DNA of 46,694 bases from Octopus bimaculoides (lineage: Eukaryota). Under the pieces are notes generated by a model, which had not been told where the DNA came from, made no database searches, and saw nothing but the letters and a program-made list of their open reading frames with translations. Shown piece after piece: positions 1-12,405 of this stretch. A program made the position numbers and the translations under genes. Each line of letters begins with the position of its first letter. The stretch's first letter is position 1. The DNA lies in the NCBI RefSeq assembly GCF_001194135.2, contig NC_068988.1, positions 93,040,006-93,086,699 on the forward strand, given 5' to 3'.

Positions 1-21
1 GTATGTGTATGTGCACGCGAG

Positions 22-69
<48 letters not shown>

Positions 70-726
70 GTGCGTCTGTGTGTGTGTGCGTAGAAAAGTA
101 GGGCATGCGCTTGCTTCGTAACCCGTTAGTGAGTTCCGTATGAAATGTTTAACTGACAATCAGGGCGATTAGAAGGCGTTTCATTTCAGGAATGTTTTGT
201 TTTTTAATTCCTGCGACCTTCAACTGGCAATTAAGATAAGAAGATTAACACAACAACAACAAGAACATCAACAACAACAACAACAATAACAGCTAGATAG
301 TTACACTAAACGTCACTTCTATCAGAGCTACTAGAGAAGGGGATTGCCTTTAACCTAAGCAAGCAATTAATCAACAGAATGAATATGTGATAATTAATTG
401 GCCGACATCGGAGTGGTTTGCACGATTGCTGGGCGCAGTACAATAACAACAACATATAGATCCAAGTCAACAAGAGAAGCTTTCTAACCAGTCGCTTGAC
501 CTGTTAAAAATAGCAACTAAATCTCCCTCCAATCTTCCCGTTCACCGGCATCTAAAAACGAAAGACGAAAAACGATCTTAGACAATATAGTCCTTAATAT
601 ACAAAACCTGAAATATTTTTGTTCGTAAGTCAATTTGTGAGGCCAAAACAGCAACAACAACAACAAGGTATCTTGATTGAGCCGACGGGAGAGCAATCAA
701 CGTGGTAGACCAACCAGGTAGACAAA

Positions 727-1408
727 ACATATTGCTAAAGGCTGAGAGCGTCTTGGCATTACTTACCAAGTCCTTTGTGAGCCGCTCTCCAGCTATTTAT
801 CTGAGGCTTTATACAGCTATAGTGCGGCCTCACCTGGAATTTGCGTCACCGGTCTGGAACCCCTATCTTGCCCAGGATATTAATCGTCTGGAAACCGTTC
901 AGCCATGTGCAACCAAGAGAATACCCTCCATCAGGCATTTGCCAAATCCTGAATGCCTTACTTCCCTGGGTATGGACACATTGAAACTCCGACGTCAGGC
1001 GGCTGACTTGGAAGACACCCATAAAATTATTAACCATCTTACTAACTATAACTCTGAGCACCTTTTCAAATTCCACCTGTCTAACACCTGTGGACATGTT
1101 TACAAAGTCAGAAAACAGCACAGTTCCCATGACTTTCGGAAACACTTTTTCACACTAAGAGTTGCTGAAGTATGGAACAACCTGCCAGCATCAGTTGTTA
1201 GTTGTCGGAGCACTGCGTCCTTCAAAACTTCCATGCTTCCTGAGATTCGCCAACACTATACCTGATTTCCTCCCCTCCATACACACGCAAGCATGTATTT
1301 GATTCATGCACTGTTCACTTTCCAGACATATGTACAATACTGCCTATGTTTTATACGCACTTTTGACAAGTTGTAGTGCACCTGAGCACTGTATACAATA
1401 ATTTCATG
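727..1408 (+). mobile_element. 5'-truncated CR1/L2-clade LINE: C-terminal part of ORF2 plus 3' UTR
   Basis: ORF 702-1265 has LYTAIVRPHLEFASPVWNPY, RLETVQ..ATKRI, TLKLRR..ADL and HFFTLRVAEVWNNLP..VV, the typical post-RT tail of CR1/L2 ORF2. The RT core is absent. Confidence 0.9.
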
Positions 1409-1650
1409 TTTCCAAAGGTGAATTATTCAAACCCCAAAGAATTCCTCTCAACACATGGCTATGATGCTCCCCCACTACTTCTGTTCATGATCAGAGATGC
1501 ACATATCGTCAGACACAAAGGGACATGCTCAACTGGTTACGGTCAAACAACTGACAAGCAAATCTGTGGTATTGAGCAGAATATTTGATGTAGCCCATCT
1601 TTTATACCAGGACAAAACAATGTACATGATAACACTTCCGACCAGTTAAG

Positions 1651-1652
<2 letters not shown>
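1409..1652. repeat. Unclassified interspersed repeat ending at a (TTA)n array
   Basis: Non-coding segment directly joined to the CR1 3' end and to (TTA)n at 1653-1703. It resembles a recurrent octopus repeat from memory only. Confidence 0.35.
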
Positions 1653-1705
<53 letters not shown>

Positions 1706-2185
1706 AATAGGAGCCAAATTTTCCTCATGTTGCTCATTCTCCTGTCTTAAGGACACGTTGAGTGATGTCCTACATACACAATACTTGATTTTAAAATCGA
1801 AAGACGAGAGGTCACAGCCTACAAAGATCTAAGCAACAGTAACAACAACAACAGCGACAGCACATTTTTAAGTGTTACAGACATAACTGATTATGAAATC
1901 ATGTGACCGTTTCTAAGTAACTAATGAGATTTGTACAATAATAGCCATCCTCCTTGGGAGAGGCGCTAAACTTTATTTTATCATTTTGAAGAGCATTTTT
2001 TCCCAAGGTTCGTAATTCTGACATTTGTATTTCAAGTCTTATGAAGGTGTGGTTGTTTTCTTTTTCAAGTGACGACTGAAATTGCATCTCTTTCTTCCTT
2101 CTTTCCCTCTCTATACATTATATATACGTATATATAATGTATGCATGTATGTATGTATGTATGTATGTATGTATCTATGTATGTA

Positions 2186-2217
<32 letters not shown>

Positions 2218-2258
2218 ATTCACACACATACATAAATACATTCATATATATATACATA

Positions 2259-2307
<49 letters not shown>

Positions 2308-2315
2308 CGATAATG

Positions 2316-2360
<45 letters not shown>

Positions 2361-2630
2361 TAGCACACNNNNNNNNNNNNNNNNNNNNNNNNNNNNNNNN
2401 NNNNNNNNNNNNNNNNNNNNNNNNNNNNNNNNNNNNNNNNNNNNNNNNNNNNNNNNNNNNNNNNNNNNNNNNNNNNNNNNNNNNNNNNNNNNNNNNNNNN
2501 NNNNNNNNNNNNNNNNNNNNNNNNNNNNNNNNNNNNNNNNNNNNNNNNNNNNNNNNNNNNNNNNNNNNNNNNNNNNNNNNNNNNNNNNNNNNNNNNNNNN
2601 NNNNNNNNNNNNNNNNNNNNNNNNNNNATA

Positions 2631-2679
<49 letters not shown>

Positions 2680-2687
2680 CGATAATG

Positions 2688-2732
<45 letters not shown>

Positions 2733-3177
2733 TAGCACACTAATGTTACGAAACGATCATTAATATCACTGTCAAGTCAAAATTCCTTCGAGATTAGCTT
2801 TGCCTTTCATCCTTAGCAGCTCAATAAAACAGAGTTTGCAGTCAATTAACAGAGACGATTTAAGCGCGTGTCCGTCCCACACACAAAGTTGGTGACCTTT
2901 GTGTTTATTCCCAATTTGAATAACCAATACTACTTCATCTACAACTAACTGTTCAGCATATGTCACTCACCGTCATACCACTTTTCGGCTCGGCCGATGA
3001 CTCATTGCTATTTTTGTCATAACCTGCAATTCTTTTCTGTTTTTACTTTTTTTCTTATATCGTTCTTCCTTCATACAATTTCGATTAAATTAAACCAAAA
3101 TCAAATGTTCAAAGCACAAACTGCTATATATGTATGGCAAAAATAGCAATTTTATTCAGGGTAAAATTATCAAGTCA

Positions 3178-3377
3178 AGCAAACAGCGTGGCTGTGTGGT
3201 AAGAATTTTGCTTCCTAGTCTTATGATTCCGGGTTCAGTCTCACTATTTGACACCTTGGTTGTTTTCTACTAAAGACCCGGACCGACCAATGCTTTGTGA
3301 GTGGATCTAGTTGACGGATACTGAGTGGCAGCTGTCCGAACATGCATACATACACACAAACACACATATATATAAAT

Positions 3378-3429
<52 letters not shown>

Positions 3430-3538
3430 TATATGTATATGTATATATATATATATTGATAAAAAAGGTAAGACAACAAAAGAAAGAAAGAGACCTCGAT
3501 ATTATGTAAATAGAGGAATTTATCCGAATAACTGTCAC

Positions 3539-3575
<37 letters not shown>

Positions 3576-3716
3576 TTTATTTCCCCGAAACAGCTGTAAG
3601 GCCACCTTTCTCTTTATAAATGTCCTAGAGATATCCCATTGCCTTGACCTTGCTATCTTGTAATCTCATTTTATTTAACATATCTATATATGTGTGAGTG
3701 TGTGTGTGTGTGTGCA

Positions 3717-3750
<34 letters not shown>

Positions 3751-4070
3751 TGTGTCTGTAAATATACACACATATATATACATACATACATACACACATA
3801 CACACATACATACATACATACATACATACATACATACGTGTGTAACTGTGTGACTTCTTGTTTTGTTTTGTCTCCCAACACTGCTTGACAACTGCTGGTT
3901 TGTTTACACCACCGTAACTTAGCAGTTCGACATAAATAAACGATATAACAAGTACCAGAATTTTAAAAAAAAATATGTACTAGGTGGGGAACCATTCGTT
4001 TGACTAAAACCTTTCAGGGCGGTGCTCCTGCATGGCCGCAACCTAACGAGTGAAAACATAGAAGATAAAC
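3178..4070 (+). mobile_element. SINE group B (tRNA head, CORE-like block, internal microsatellite), split by a nested insert
   Basis: 5' half 3178-3345 (gtggctgtgtggtaag...ccgggttcagtc) and 3' half 3860-4070 (gcttgacaac...ggcggtgctcctgcatggccgca) match the full copy at 11692-12120. Confidence 0.75.
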
Positions 4071-4537
4071 ATTAATAGCGTGATCAGATAAAACCTCGTG
4101 ATCAATACACTTACAGACAATTTTCTAAATACACAAATGTCACCGTAGCCCACTTCTGCACCATATGGCGCACGTAGTGCACCGTTGCACCGAATTGATC
4201 GTTACGCTGGTGTTAGATACAGTAAACACGTACGCCCATTATCATATAATGCCGACCAGCTGTAGCAATGTTGATATTCTAGTTTGCATGATTGATTGAG
4301 GTTTTATCTTATATAATGGCCAGGCGACGCGGCATCTGCAGTCTATCCCTCGACGACTTCCTCTTGCTTGGCATGTGAAATAAAGAAAAAGTAAGAAATA
4401 TTTCTTGCACAAATCAACCGACGCACAAAAAAAATCTAAATACTGTGTAGTAAATGTTTAAAATTTTTCCATTGTTATATCTGTTTCACCTCAGTCTGCG
4501 CTATTGATTTGAAGAAATATATGAGCGTCACAAATAC

Positions 4538-4572
<35 letters not shown>

Positions 4573-4577
4573 TGTAT

Positions 4578-4778
4578 GTTTGTGCCTGTGTTTGTCCCCC
4601 ACCATCGCTTGACAACCGATGTTGGTGTGTTTACGTCCCCGTAACTGAGCGGTTCGGCGAAAGGGACCGATAGTATAAGTACTAGGCTTACAAAGAATAA
4701 GTCCTGGGGTCGATTTGCTCGACTAAAGGTGGTGCTCCAGCATGGCCACAGTCAAATGACTGAAACAAGTAAAAGAAA
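4578..4778 (+). mobile_element. SINE group B, 3' half
   Basis: tttgtccccc...catcgcttgacaaccgatgttggtgtgtttacgtccccgtaac...gactgaaacaagtaaaag, directly after (TATG)n. Confidence 0.9.
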
Positions 4779-5289
4779 ACCCAGCGAATTACTGTTACTC
4801 AATTGTTTAAGGTTACTTCACTTCTTAATTTTACTGTTAACATTGCCTAATATTTTCTTATTAATTAACCAGATTTCGGTTTTGTGAGATTAATTAAACT
4901 TAAATTTGACAATTGATTAGAAAGTATATTTAAACGGGAAAGTGTGTTATAACATAAGAACCATAAAGGAAATTTTTCTCCAATCCCAGACGTAGATGAA
5001 CTAATCCCGCAAAAACTGAAATCGGATTAATCAACAGAAAGGAAAATGTCAAGTAATATTCATAATGAGATTAGGGAATCAACGAACCACCAACACAATT
5101 GAATAAAAGTTGTACAATTATTAACTGGTTTTATTAATTAATATTAATACTAAGATTTTTTCTAAGTTTCCTCAATTCGACATTGCTGAATATTATCCCC
5201 TCCCCCCATTTGAAACCTCTCTTTACTGGTGCCCTTGAATTCGTTAGGAAATATAAACAATATAAATGACAATGATGATGATAATATAC

Positions 5290-5500
5290 AAGCTAGGAAA
5301 ACTCTGCTCTTCTATAAAGATTCTGTGGAGCTTAAAAGAAGGTAGACCAAGTTATTCATTTGACATTAGAATAGGGTCGTTTGACAGCGCAGGGATATGT
5401 AGTTTTGTTGACCTACACATGCTAGATAAACCTAATGAGAAATTTAACAGGACGTTATGAGTCCTTTCAACAAAAGAAAGGATAGTATTGATTATAATAC
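5290..5500 (+). mobile_element. Highly decayed Penelope-like endonuclease C-terminus
   Basis: Frameshifted translation IKILWSLKEGRPSYS / RLTAQGYVVLLTYTC*INLMRNLTGRYESF resembles the PLE W.I...Y...C.LC..EK..IL...LN.R.E tail. CTGATGA follows at 5523. Confidence 0.35.
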
Positions 5501-5807
5501 TTAGCTTGAATCATAGATCCGTCTGATGAGGGAGATCAAATTCAACAAAACAATAATTATTCAACAATTCAATAGAAATAACTTCAAACTAAGTTACAGT
5601 TGTAATACTGTTGTGAAAACTTAACGTGTAAACCAGATATGTATTCGGAGATACGTGTTTTCTTTAAATTATTTTGCAATGCAGAAGCGTTTACATACGT
5701 ACACACACACACACACGCGCGCGCACGAATACATATATGGCCATGTACCACATACGTGTTTTTCTTGGACAATATTTTTCCTTCCCTGCGAACCTCTCCT
5801 CTTTCCT

Positions 5808-5842
5808 CTTTCTGACGAAGAGCCATATTCGAAACGTTACAT
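5808..5842 (+). ncRNA. Minimal hammerhead ribozyme-like motif (PLE type)
   Basis: CTGACGA 5812-5818, extra A, stem II GAG/TTC, GAAA 5831-5834, palindromic ACGT then T (GUU site). Stem I is weak. Confidence 0.55.
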
Positions 5843-5912
5843 AACCCCTATTTTTCTCACCTTAAACTGAGAGCATTTCTGTTTTTATTAATGAGATACC
5901 ATCATGATATAG

Positions 5913-5999
<87 letters not shown>

Positions 6000-6110
6000 C
6001 TTCAAAGAGAGTTAGAGGTTGTGAATCCAACCAACTAAGGGTTAGTATATATGTGAGTATGTATATGTATATTTATATATACATAAATTAGCCCTCTGAA
6101 CTATTTAGAC

Positions 6111-6234
6111 TCTCTGATGAAGCCTAAAGGCACACCCGAGTACCCTAATTTTATCTACCGATCACTACAGTACACTGAAAAGATGGAAATAACATGTGGA
6201 GTACTGTGACCTCTTGGCAGAAACAGCTGTAAGA
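6111..6234 (+). ncRNA. Type I hammerhead-like motif with a long stem/loop II
   Basis: tct-CTGATGA 6114-6120, extended imperfect stem II, GAAA 6220-6223, palindrome ACAGCTGT, GUA site, then aga pairing with upstream tct. Confidence 0.6.
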
Positions 6235-6489
6235 AACTGTTCTTCCTTTTCTATTCTAGAATTTACTGGTACTTATTTATGTAAAACACAATCTTTACAC
6301 TTGTATATATATTCTCATAATTGTTTAAAATAAATAAATAGACATTGTAATGTCTAACAGCTGATGCATATCACCTCTGGATCCCTTCCATTTTACTTCT
6401 TGCCGTATATATATGTCACGATGGTTTCTCACTTGACGTATAAGTGTTTGAAGGAAAGGACAAAAAGGGGGGCGGGGATGAAAATAAAA

Positions 6490-6900
6490 GAAGCCGCATA
6501 TACTTGCGATGAACGCGTGAATGTAATTCGAGTCCGGATATGAATTTTGCTACGGAGTCACAATGGGCACGATGATGATTTTGATTTTGTACGGGACTGG
6601 ACAAATGGGTCTGTTGATTGCAGGATAGGATTCTTTTATTGTTCTGTTTCTCCAACTCAAATTGTTTCGATGCATCATGACACGTTTTACGCCACTCAGA
6701 TCGATCTATGCATTGACTTTCCCAAAATGTTAAATTAACCTGCAGAGATTTTAATGATTGCTTCAAATTATCCTTATATCTAAGAAGTGGTCTCTCTTTA
6801 CCACAGAACCCCTCTACTTGTTGGCTACACAAAAGAATTTTCGGAATCCAATCATCTTGCATTCGATCGTGCCCTGCCCGTCTACACTGAATTCTCAACA
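6490..6900 (-). mobile_element. RTE-clade LINE, decayed 3' end of ORF
   Basis: AGHDRMQDDWIPKILL...RPLLRYKDNLKQSLK...WESQCIDRSEWRK fits the RTE WaGHv.RM.d.R.PK...GrP..RyKD...dR..WR tail, followed by a terminal C2H2-like remnant. Confidence 0.85.
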
Positions 6901-7258
6901 GTATACTTTCGATATTAGAGATACGTTTTCCTAACTTTGTGATATTTGATATCTTATTTTGCCAACTCTATTCAAACTTTAACCTGTTAAGCAAACCCCA
7001 TTCGAAGATTTAAAATAATAACAGAACAATCATCACCAAAACTGTAGAAAAAGGATACAAAACTGTTCAATTATTTCATGAACTTCAACGAGCAGGCCAT
7101 TGATTTTAATATAAAGTGAAAGATACTCGAGGAATTGTGTGTGTGCGTCTGTGTCTGTGTGCGTATGTGTGTGTGTGTATGTATGTATGTTGTGTGTATG
7201 TACGAACGTGTGTTGATATACATATATGAATGTGTGCATATATATAAATAAATAAATA

Positions 7259-7321
<63 letters not shown>

Positions 7322-7555
7322 NNNNNNNNNNNNNNNNNNNNNNNNNNNNNNNNNNNNNNNNNNNNNNNNNNNNNNNNNNNNNNNNNNNNNNNNNNNNNNN
7401 NNNNNNNNNNNNNNNNNNNNNNNNNNNNNNNNNNNNNNNNNNNNNNNNNNNNNNNNNNNNNNNNNNNNNNNNNNNNNNNNNNNNNNNNNNNNNNNNNNNN
7501 NNNNNNNNNNNNNNNNNNNNNNNNNNNNNNNNNNNNNNNNNNNNNNNNNNNNNNN

Positions 7556-7631
<76 letters not shown>

Positions 7632-7804
7632 ATATATATATAGTGCTGATTGCTGATAGTTTCGTCTATTGAAAAAATACTGAATTTATTAGTATTACCA
7701 AATAAGTTAGACCAGTCAAATACACACACGCACATAAACAGTCGCATACGCACATGCGCACACACACGCACGCACATACATTCACATGCACATACACACG
7801 GATG

Positions 7805-7838
<34 letters not shown>

Positions 7839-7952
7839 CGCGCGTGCACACATACACACACAGGCGCGCGCGTGCGCACACATACACAGTTGCTTATGCA
7901 AACTTTTGTGGCTTTTTAAACAAAAAAACTCATCTTAAAAAGATCGTGAAAT

Positions 7953-7964
7953 AACAACAACAAC

Positions 7965-7999
<35 letters not shown>

Positions 8000-8045
8000 T
8001 AACAATGAGAAGAAGAAGAAGAAGAAGAAGAAGAAGAAGAAGAAG

Positions 8046-8076
<31 letters not shown>

Positions 8077-8084
8077 ATTTCGAC

Positions 8085-8131
<47 letters not shown>

Positions 8132-8135
8132 GGGC
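7953..8135. repeat. Compound trinucleotide array (ACA)n(ATA)n(AGA)n(ACA)n(ATA)n
   Basis: Direct reading. Confidence 0.95.
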
Positions 8136-8816
8136 AACAACAAAACAACAAAGCATGATGTACTCACTTTGACATTTTTTCGGGTGTACTTTTTGCATTC
8201 CCACCCGTGGCATAAAGCAATCCATGGTGTAGTTGAGAATCCACAGAATGTCCAACGCATAGCAGGGTAACTGTCTTTGGCTATCATTAATTCAACGTAC
8301 ACACTCTCAGACAAATAGCAACAACAACAACAACAACAACAGAATCTCGTTGTAAACGTAAAAAAACTATGCAACTGAATATAAATTATTTGATGACAAC
8401 ACAAGGTCCTCTTGACTGCCCGGCCCTCAGCATGTAACTGGTATATATTTCTTTGGCAGCCCGGTGAAATCTAGAAGTGGTGGAATTCCTGGCAAACAGG
8501 ATTTTGCGTTTGTTTTTGGACTAAGCTATAAAATGCATACATACATATACACGTGCACAAATACATATGCATACTACTTGTACATGCATACAAATAAATT
8601 GCACGCATGCGCATAAGTATGCATTCACATTGAAGACAGGTTTGTTTGCTGGAAGGTGAGAGTAGTCTGGGTATCTTCTAGCCAGGCTGTTATGCAAGAA
8701 TACAGACGAATATTGTAACAGCGGTCCTGGCTTTCTTTACGGAGGCGACAATATACCGACATACACCGCATCGCACCAGCTAATTGCTTCTGTTGATATG
8801 TTGCTGTTGTTGTTGC

Positions 8817-8862
<46 letters not shown>

Positions 8863-9210
8863 ATCGTTGTTGGTGTTGTTTTGTTTGCAATTAAATCTAA
8901 CTTTTGTGGTGGCTTCGTTAATGGCTAAGAAGGGTTGTATAAGTGATGTGCTGAAGATTGAAAAGATGAAAGAGAGGCCAAGACACAGACAGAGAAACAG
9001 AGATGGAGACTCTAATGAGGCAGACAAGCAGACAGACAGACAGGCAGCCAGATAGAGAGAGACAGGCAGACAGACATGCAGGCAGGCGGGTGGAGAGAGA
9101 TTATTTAATGAAGAGATTTACTTTACTTGTGAGGAGAAAAATGAAGGAGATGGAGAGGGAGGAGAGGAAATAGTAAAGGATAACGAGAATGGAGAGTGTG
9201 GTAGCTTGCG

Positions 9211-9272
<62 letters not shown>

Positions 9273-9463
9273 AGAGAGTGAGTGGGAAACGGATCGATAG
9301 TGAAAGTAGAAAGTTAGTGCTGGGGAAGGAGGGGAAACTGCAGATTAATCAAAGTCAGTGAAAGAAAGAATAGCTGCGGAGGACAGTGGTTAAAGAGCAG
9401 ACATACAAACTGAAGGGAAGGAGAGGGAAAGAGAGTGAGGTGGTGAATATAGGAAACATTTAA

Positions 9464-9662
9464 AGAATTGTTAGCTCGCCGGACAAAATTCTTAGCGGCA
9501 TTTCGTCCGTCTTTACATTCAGGGTTCAAATTCTGCCAAGGTCGACTTTGCCTTTCATCCTTTCGGTGTTGATAAATTAAATACTAGTTGAGCACCAGAA
9601 TCAATATAATAGACTTATCTACTTCATGAAATTACTGGCCTTGTGCCAAGAATTTGAAACCA
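9464..9662 (+). mobile_element. SINE group A, diverged copy
   Basis: gttagctcgccggacaaaattcttagcggcatttcgtcc...ggtcgactttgcctttcatcctttcgg matches the younger A copies. Confidence 0.85.
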
Positions 9663-9701
9663 TGACATTAGGCATTCGTTTCTTTTCTCTCTGCCCATCA
9701 G

Positions 9702-9845
9702 GGTGAGTGAGGACAGTTGTTAGCGCATCGAATAGAATGATTTTATGGCATTCATTTCGGTTTTCTGCACTCTAAGTTCAAGTCCTGCCCAGGTTAACTT
9801 TACCTTTCATTCTTTCGGTGTCACCATATAAATTACCATCCAGTA
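9702..9845 (+). mobile_element. SINE group A, old partial copy
   Basis: aagttcaagtcctgcccaggttaactttacctttcattctttcgg. Confidence 0.6.
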
Positions 9846-9872
9846 TTTCCATTTATTCTTCTCTTTATCTCT

Positions 9873-10110
9873 GGAAGATGAGTGGTTAAATAGTTAGGGT
9901 GTTGCACACATGATCTGGTGATTATGGGTTCCATTCCCGTATCGGGCGGCGTGGTGTGTTCTCGACCAAAACTCTTCATTTCTTATTGTTCTAGTAGTGT
10001 TTGGGGACCGGCATGTCAGAGAATAGATCTACCGTTTTTTTCTGCGTTTCGTAGAAGGCGACTAAAAGAGGTTGAGCTAAGATTTGCACCCGGACCTCGT
10101 AAAACCCTCC
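9873..10110 (+). mobile_element. SINE group C head with a variant 3' body
   Basis: tagttagggtgttgcacacatgatc...ggttccattcccg...gtgtgttctcgaccaaaactcttcatttc. Confidence 0.6.
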
Positions 10111-10241
10111 TAATATTTCATATTTAGTATTTGTTTTAATGCAATGTTAGTTAAATAATCCAAGGAGCGGAGAATATGTTGGGGGCGGGCTGTGCTTGGA
10201 GCATCCGTCGGCATTAATACAGTAAGCTAAACTATATTGGA

Positions 10242-10288
<47 letters not shown>

Positions 10289-10356
10289 TATGTATATAGC
10301 CTATGTGTGTGTGCGTGTGTGTATGTGTGTGTGATATCATAAACGATATATACTGG

Positions 10357-10400
<44 letters not shown>

Positions 10401-10488
10401 TGAGAGAGAGAGAAGAGAGCGGAAAGCGGGTTATATAGACTGATAGACAGATTGACAGACAGAGAGACACACATACAGACAGACAGAC

Positions 10489-10540
<52 letters not shown>

Positions 10541-10954
10541 TAATCGAAATGAAATTTCACTACCTCTAACTGGAGAAACAACGCATTAGAGTCGTTTTAT
10601 CTCTGTGCTATGATGGCGGACAAATAGTTGAAACGTCAAACTTCCCATTTTTGACAATTGAACTTCTTGACATATAAGAAACTTCACTTCTTTTAGAGAT
10701 AAGAGTGATTCTAATTGAATTTACAAACTAAACGATCACTAATACACTTTTGTGCTTCATGCTAAAGTACTTAACTCTTCGTGGTATATACTGTTGACCC
10801 ATAAATTGGCTTCATTAAAGTCAGAGTGAACCACCGCATGAAGCCAGAACATTAAGTTAGTAATTAAAAGATCGTAGCTCAGTGTGTTTACTTGATGTTA
10901 TAGTTTCAGTAAAGTCGATGAGGAAAACTACTCCATTTTATATTATATCTGTGT

Positions 10955-11200
10955 GGAGGCGCGTGACGTAGTGGTTAGGGTGTTGGACTCATGATTGTAA
11001 GATTGCAGTTTCGATTCCTGGACTGGGCGAAACGTTGTGTTCTTGAGCAAAACACCTCATTTCACCTTGCTCCAGTCCACTCAGCTGGCAAAAATGAGTA
11101 TTCCTGTGACGGACTGGTGTCCCGTCCAGGTGGGGAATATATATATCATTAAAACCAGGAAACCAGCCCTTATGAGCCTGGCATGGCTCGAGAAGGAAAC
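10955..11200 (+). mobile_element. SINE group C (tRNA head plus CORE-like block), near full length
   Basis: A-box-like tgacgtagtgg, B-box-like gtttcgattcc, gttgtgttcttgagcaaaacacctcatttcac, ccactcagctggcaaaaatgagta. Confidence 0.85.
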
Positions 11201-11203
11201 AAT

Positions 11204-11410
11204 GCGGTGAGCTGGCAGAATCGTTAGCACGCCGTGCGAAATGCTTAGCGGTATTTCGTCTGCTGCTATGTTCTGAGTTCAAATCCCGCTGAGGTCGACT
11301 TTGCCTTTCATCCTTTCGGAGTCGATGGAACAAGTACCAGTTACGCACTGGGGTTGATATAATCGACTAGCCGAAAATTTTCAAGGCCTTGTGCCAAGAG
11401 CGTAGAAATA
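11204..11410 (+). mobile_element. SINE group A
   Basis: gcggtgagctggcagaatcgttagcacgcc...gagttcaaatcccgc...ggccttgtgcc. Confidence 0.9.
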
Positions 11411-11691
11411 ATTATGTAATATCTGTGAGAGTCGAAGTCTTTGATATTGTCCCAACAAGACAAAAGGGAGGGACCAGATTTTTTACTTTGTTCGTAGCAA
11501 AAAAGATATGAAACTGTGTAATAGACACGCTTCTATTATGAATCAAGGAGGTGCCTTCTATGTGGTCACCTGCCCTGCTAGGAATAGTAGCTAAGCTTCC
11601 TTCAAATCACACCACATCGTCACAGGAAAGGATGCAAAGCATAATGTAGTCCGGGGCACCTTGCACCAATGAAAAAAATACAAGGTAGGAC

Positions 11692-11863
11692 GGGTGCAGG
11701 TATGGCTGTGTGGTAAGAAGCTTGCTTCCCAACCACATGGTTCCGGGTTCGGTCCCACGTTGTCGCACCTCGGGCAAGTGTCTTTTACTATATAGCCTCG
11801 GGTCGACCAAAGCCTTGTGAGTAGATTTCGTAGACGGAAACTGAAAGAAGCCCGTCGTATATA

Positions 11864-11928
<65 letters not shown>

Positions 11929-12120
11929 CGTGTGTGTGTGTATTTGTCGCTTGACAATTGTTGTCGGTGTGTTCACGTCCCCGTAATCTAGCGGTTCGGC
12001 AAAAGACACCAATAGAATAAGCACTAGGCTTACAAAGAATAAGTCATGAAGTCGATTTGTTCGGCTATAGGCGGTGCTCCTGCTTGGCCGCAGTCAAAAT
12101 GACTGAAGCGAGTAAAAGAA
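11692..12120 (+). mobile_element. SINE group B, full length (OR-type CORE-SINE-like; family name tentative)
   Basis: tRNA-like head (tggctgtgtgg / ggttcggtccc), CORE-like cctcgggcaagtgtctt, internal (GT)n, and the conserved 3' body. Confidence 0.9.
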
Positions 12121-12187
12121 TGTCTTTGATCATTGGTCAGTTCGATTAAGGCTAAACAACAATGACAACAATAACAGTAATAAACTA

Positions 12188-12405
12188 GGCGCAAGATTGC
12201 GGTTTCGATTCCCGAACAGGGTGGTACGTTGTGTTCTTGAGAAAAGCTCTTTATTTCGTATTGCACCAGTTCACTCAGCTGTAAAATGAGTAATCTTGTG
12301 AAGGACTAGCGCCCCGTTCAGGGGCATTGTTGTAATCTCAGTCCCTTAAACACCATGGAAATTGGGTAACTGGCCCCATGAGCCCTTGGACTTGAGGTAA
12401 TAAAT
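12188..12405 (+). mobile_element. SINE group C, 5'-truncated, diverged
   Basis: gcggtttcgattccc...gttgtgttcttgag...cactcagctgtaaaatgagtaatc. Confidence 0.7.

Noticed and set aside
702-1265. 187-aa ORF as a host gene
   Set aside because: It is the truncated tail of a CR1/L2 ORF2, with no RT core and an arbitrary start.
2258-2743. Apparent direct duplication of a (GT)n-(AAT)n-agcacac block
   Set aside because: Matching sequence on both sides of an N-gap is most simply an unmerged contig overlap.
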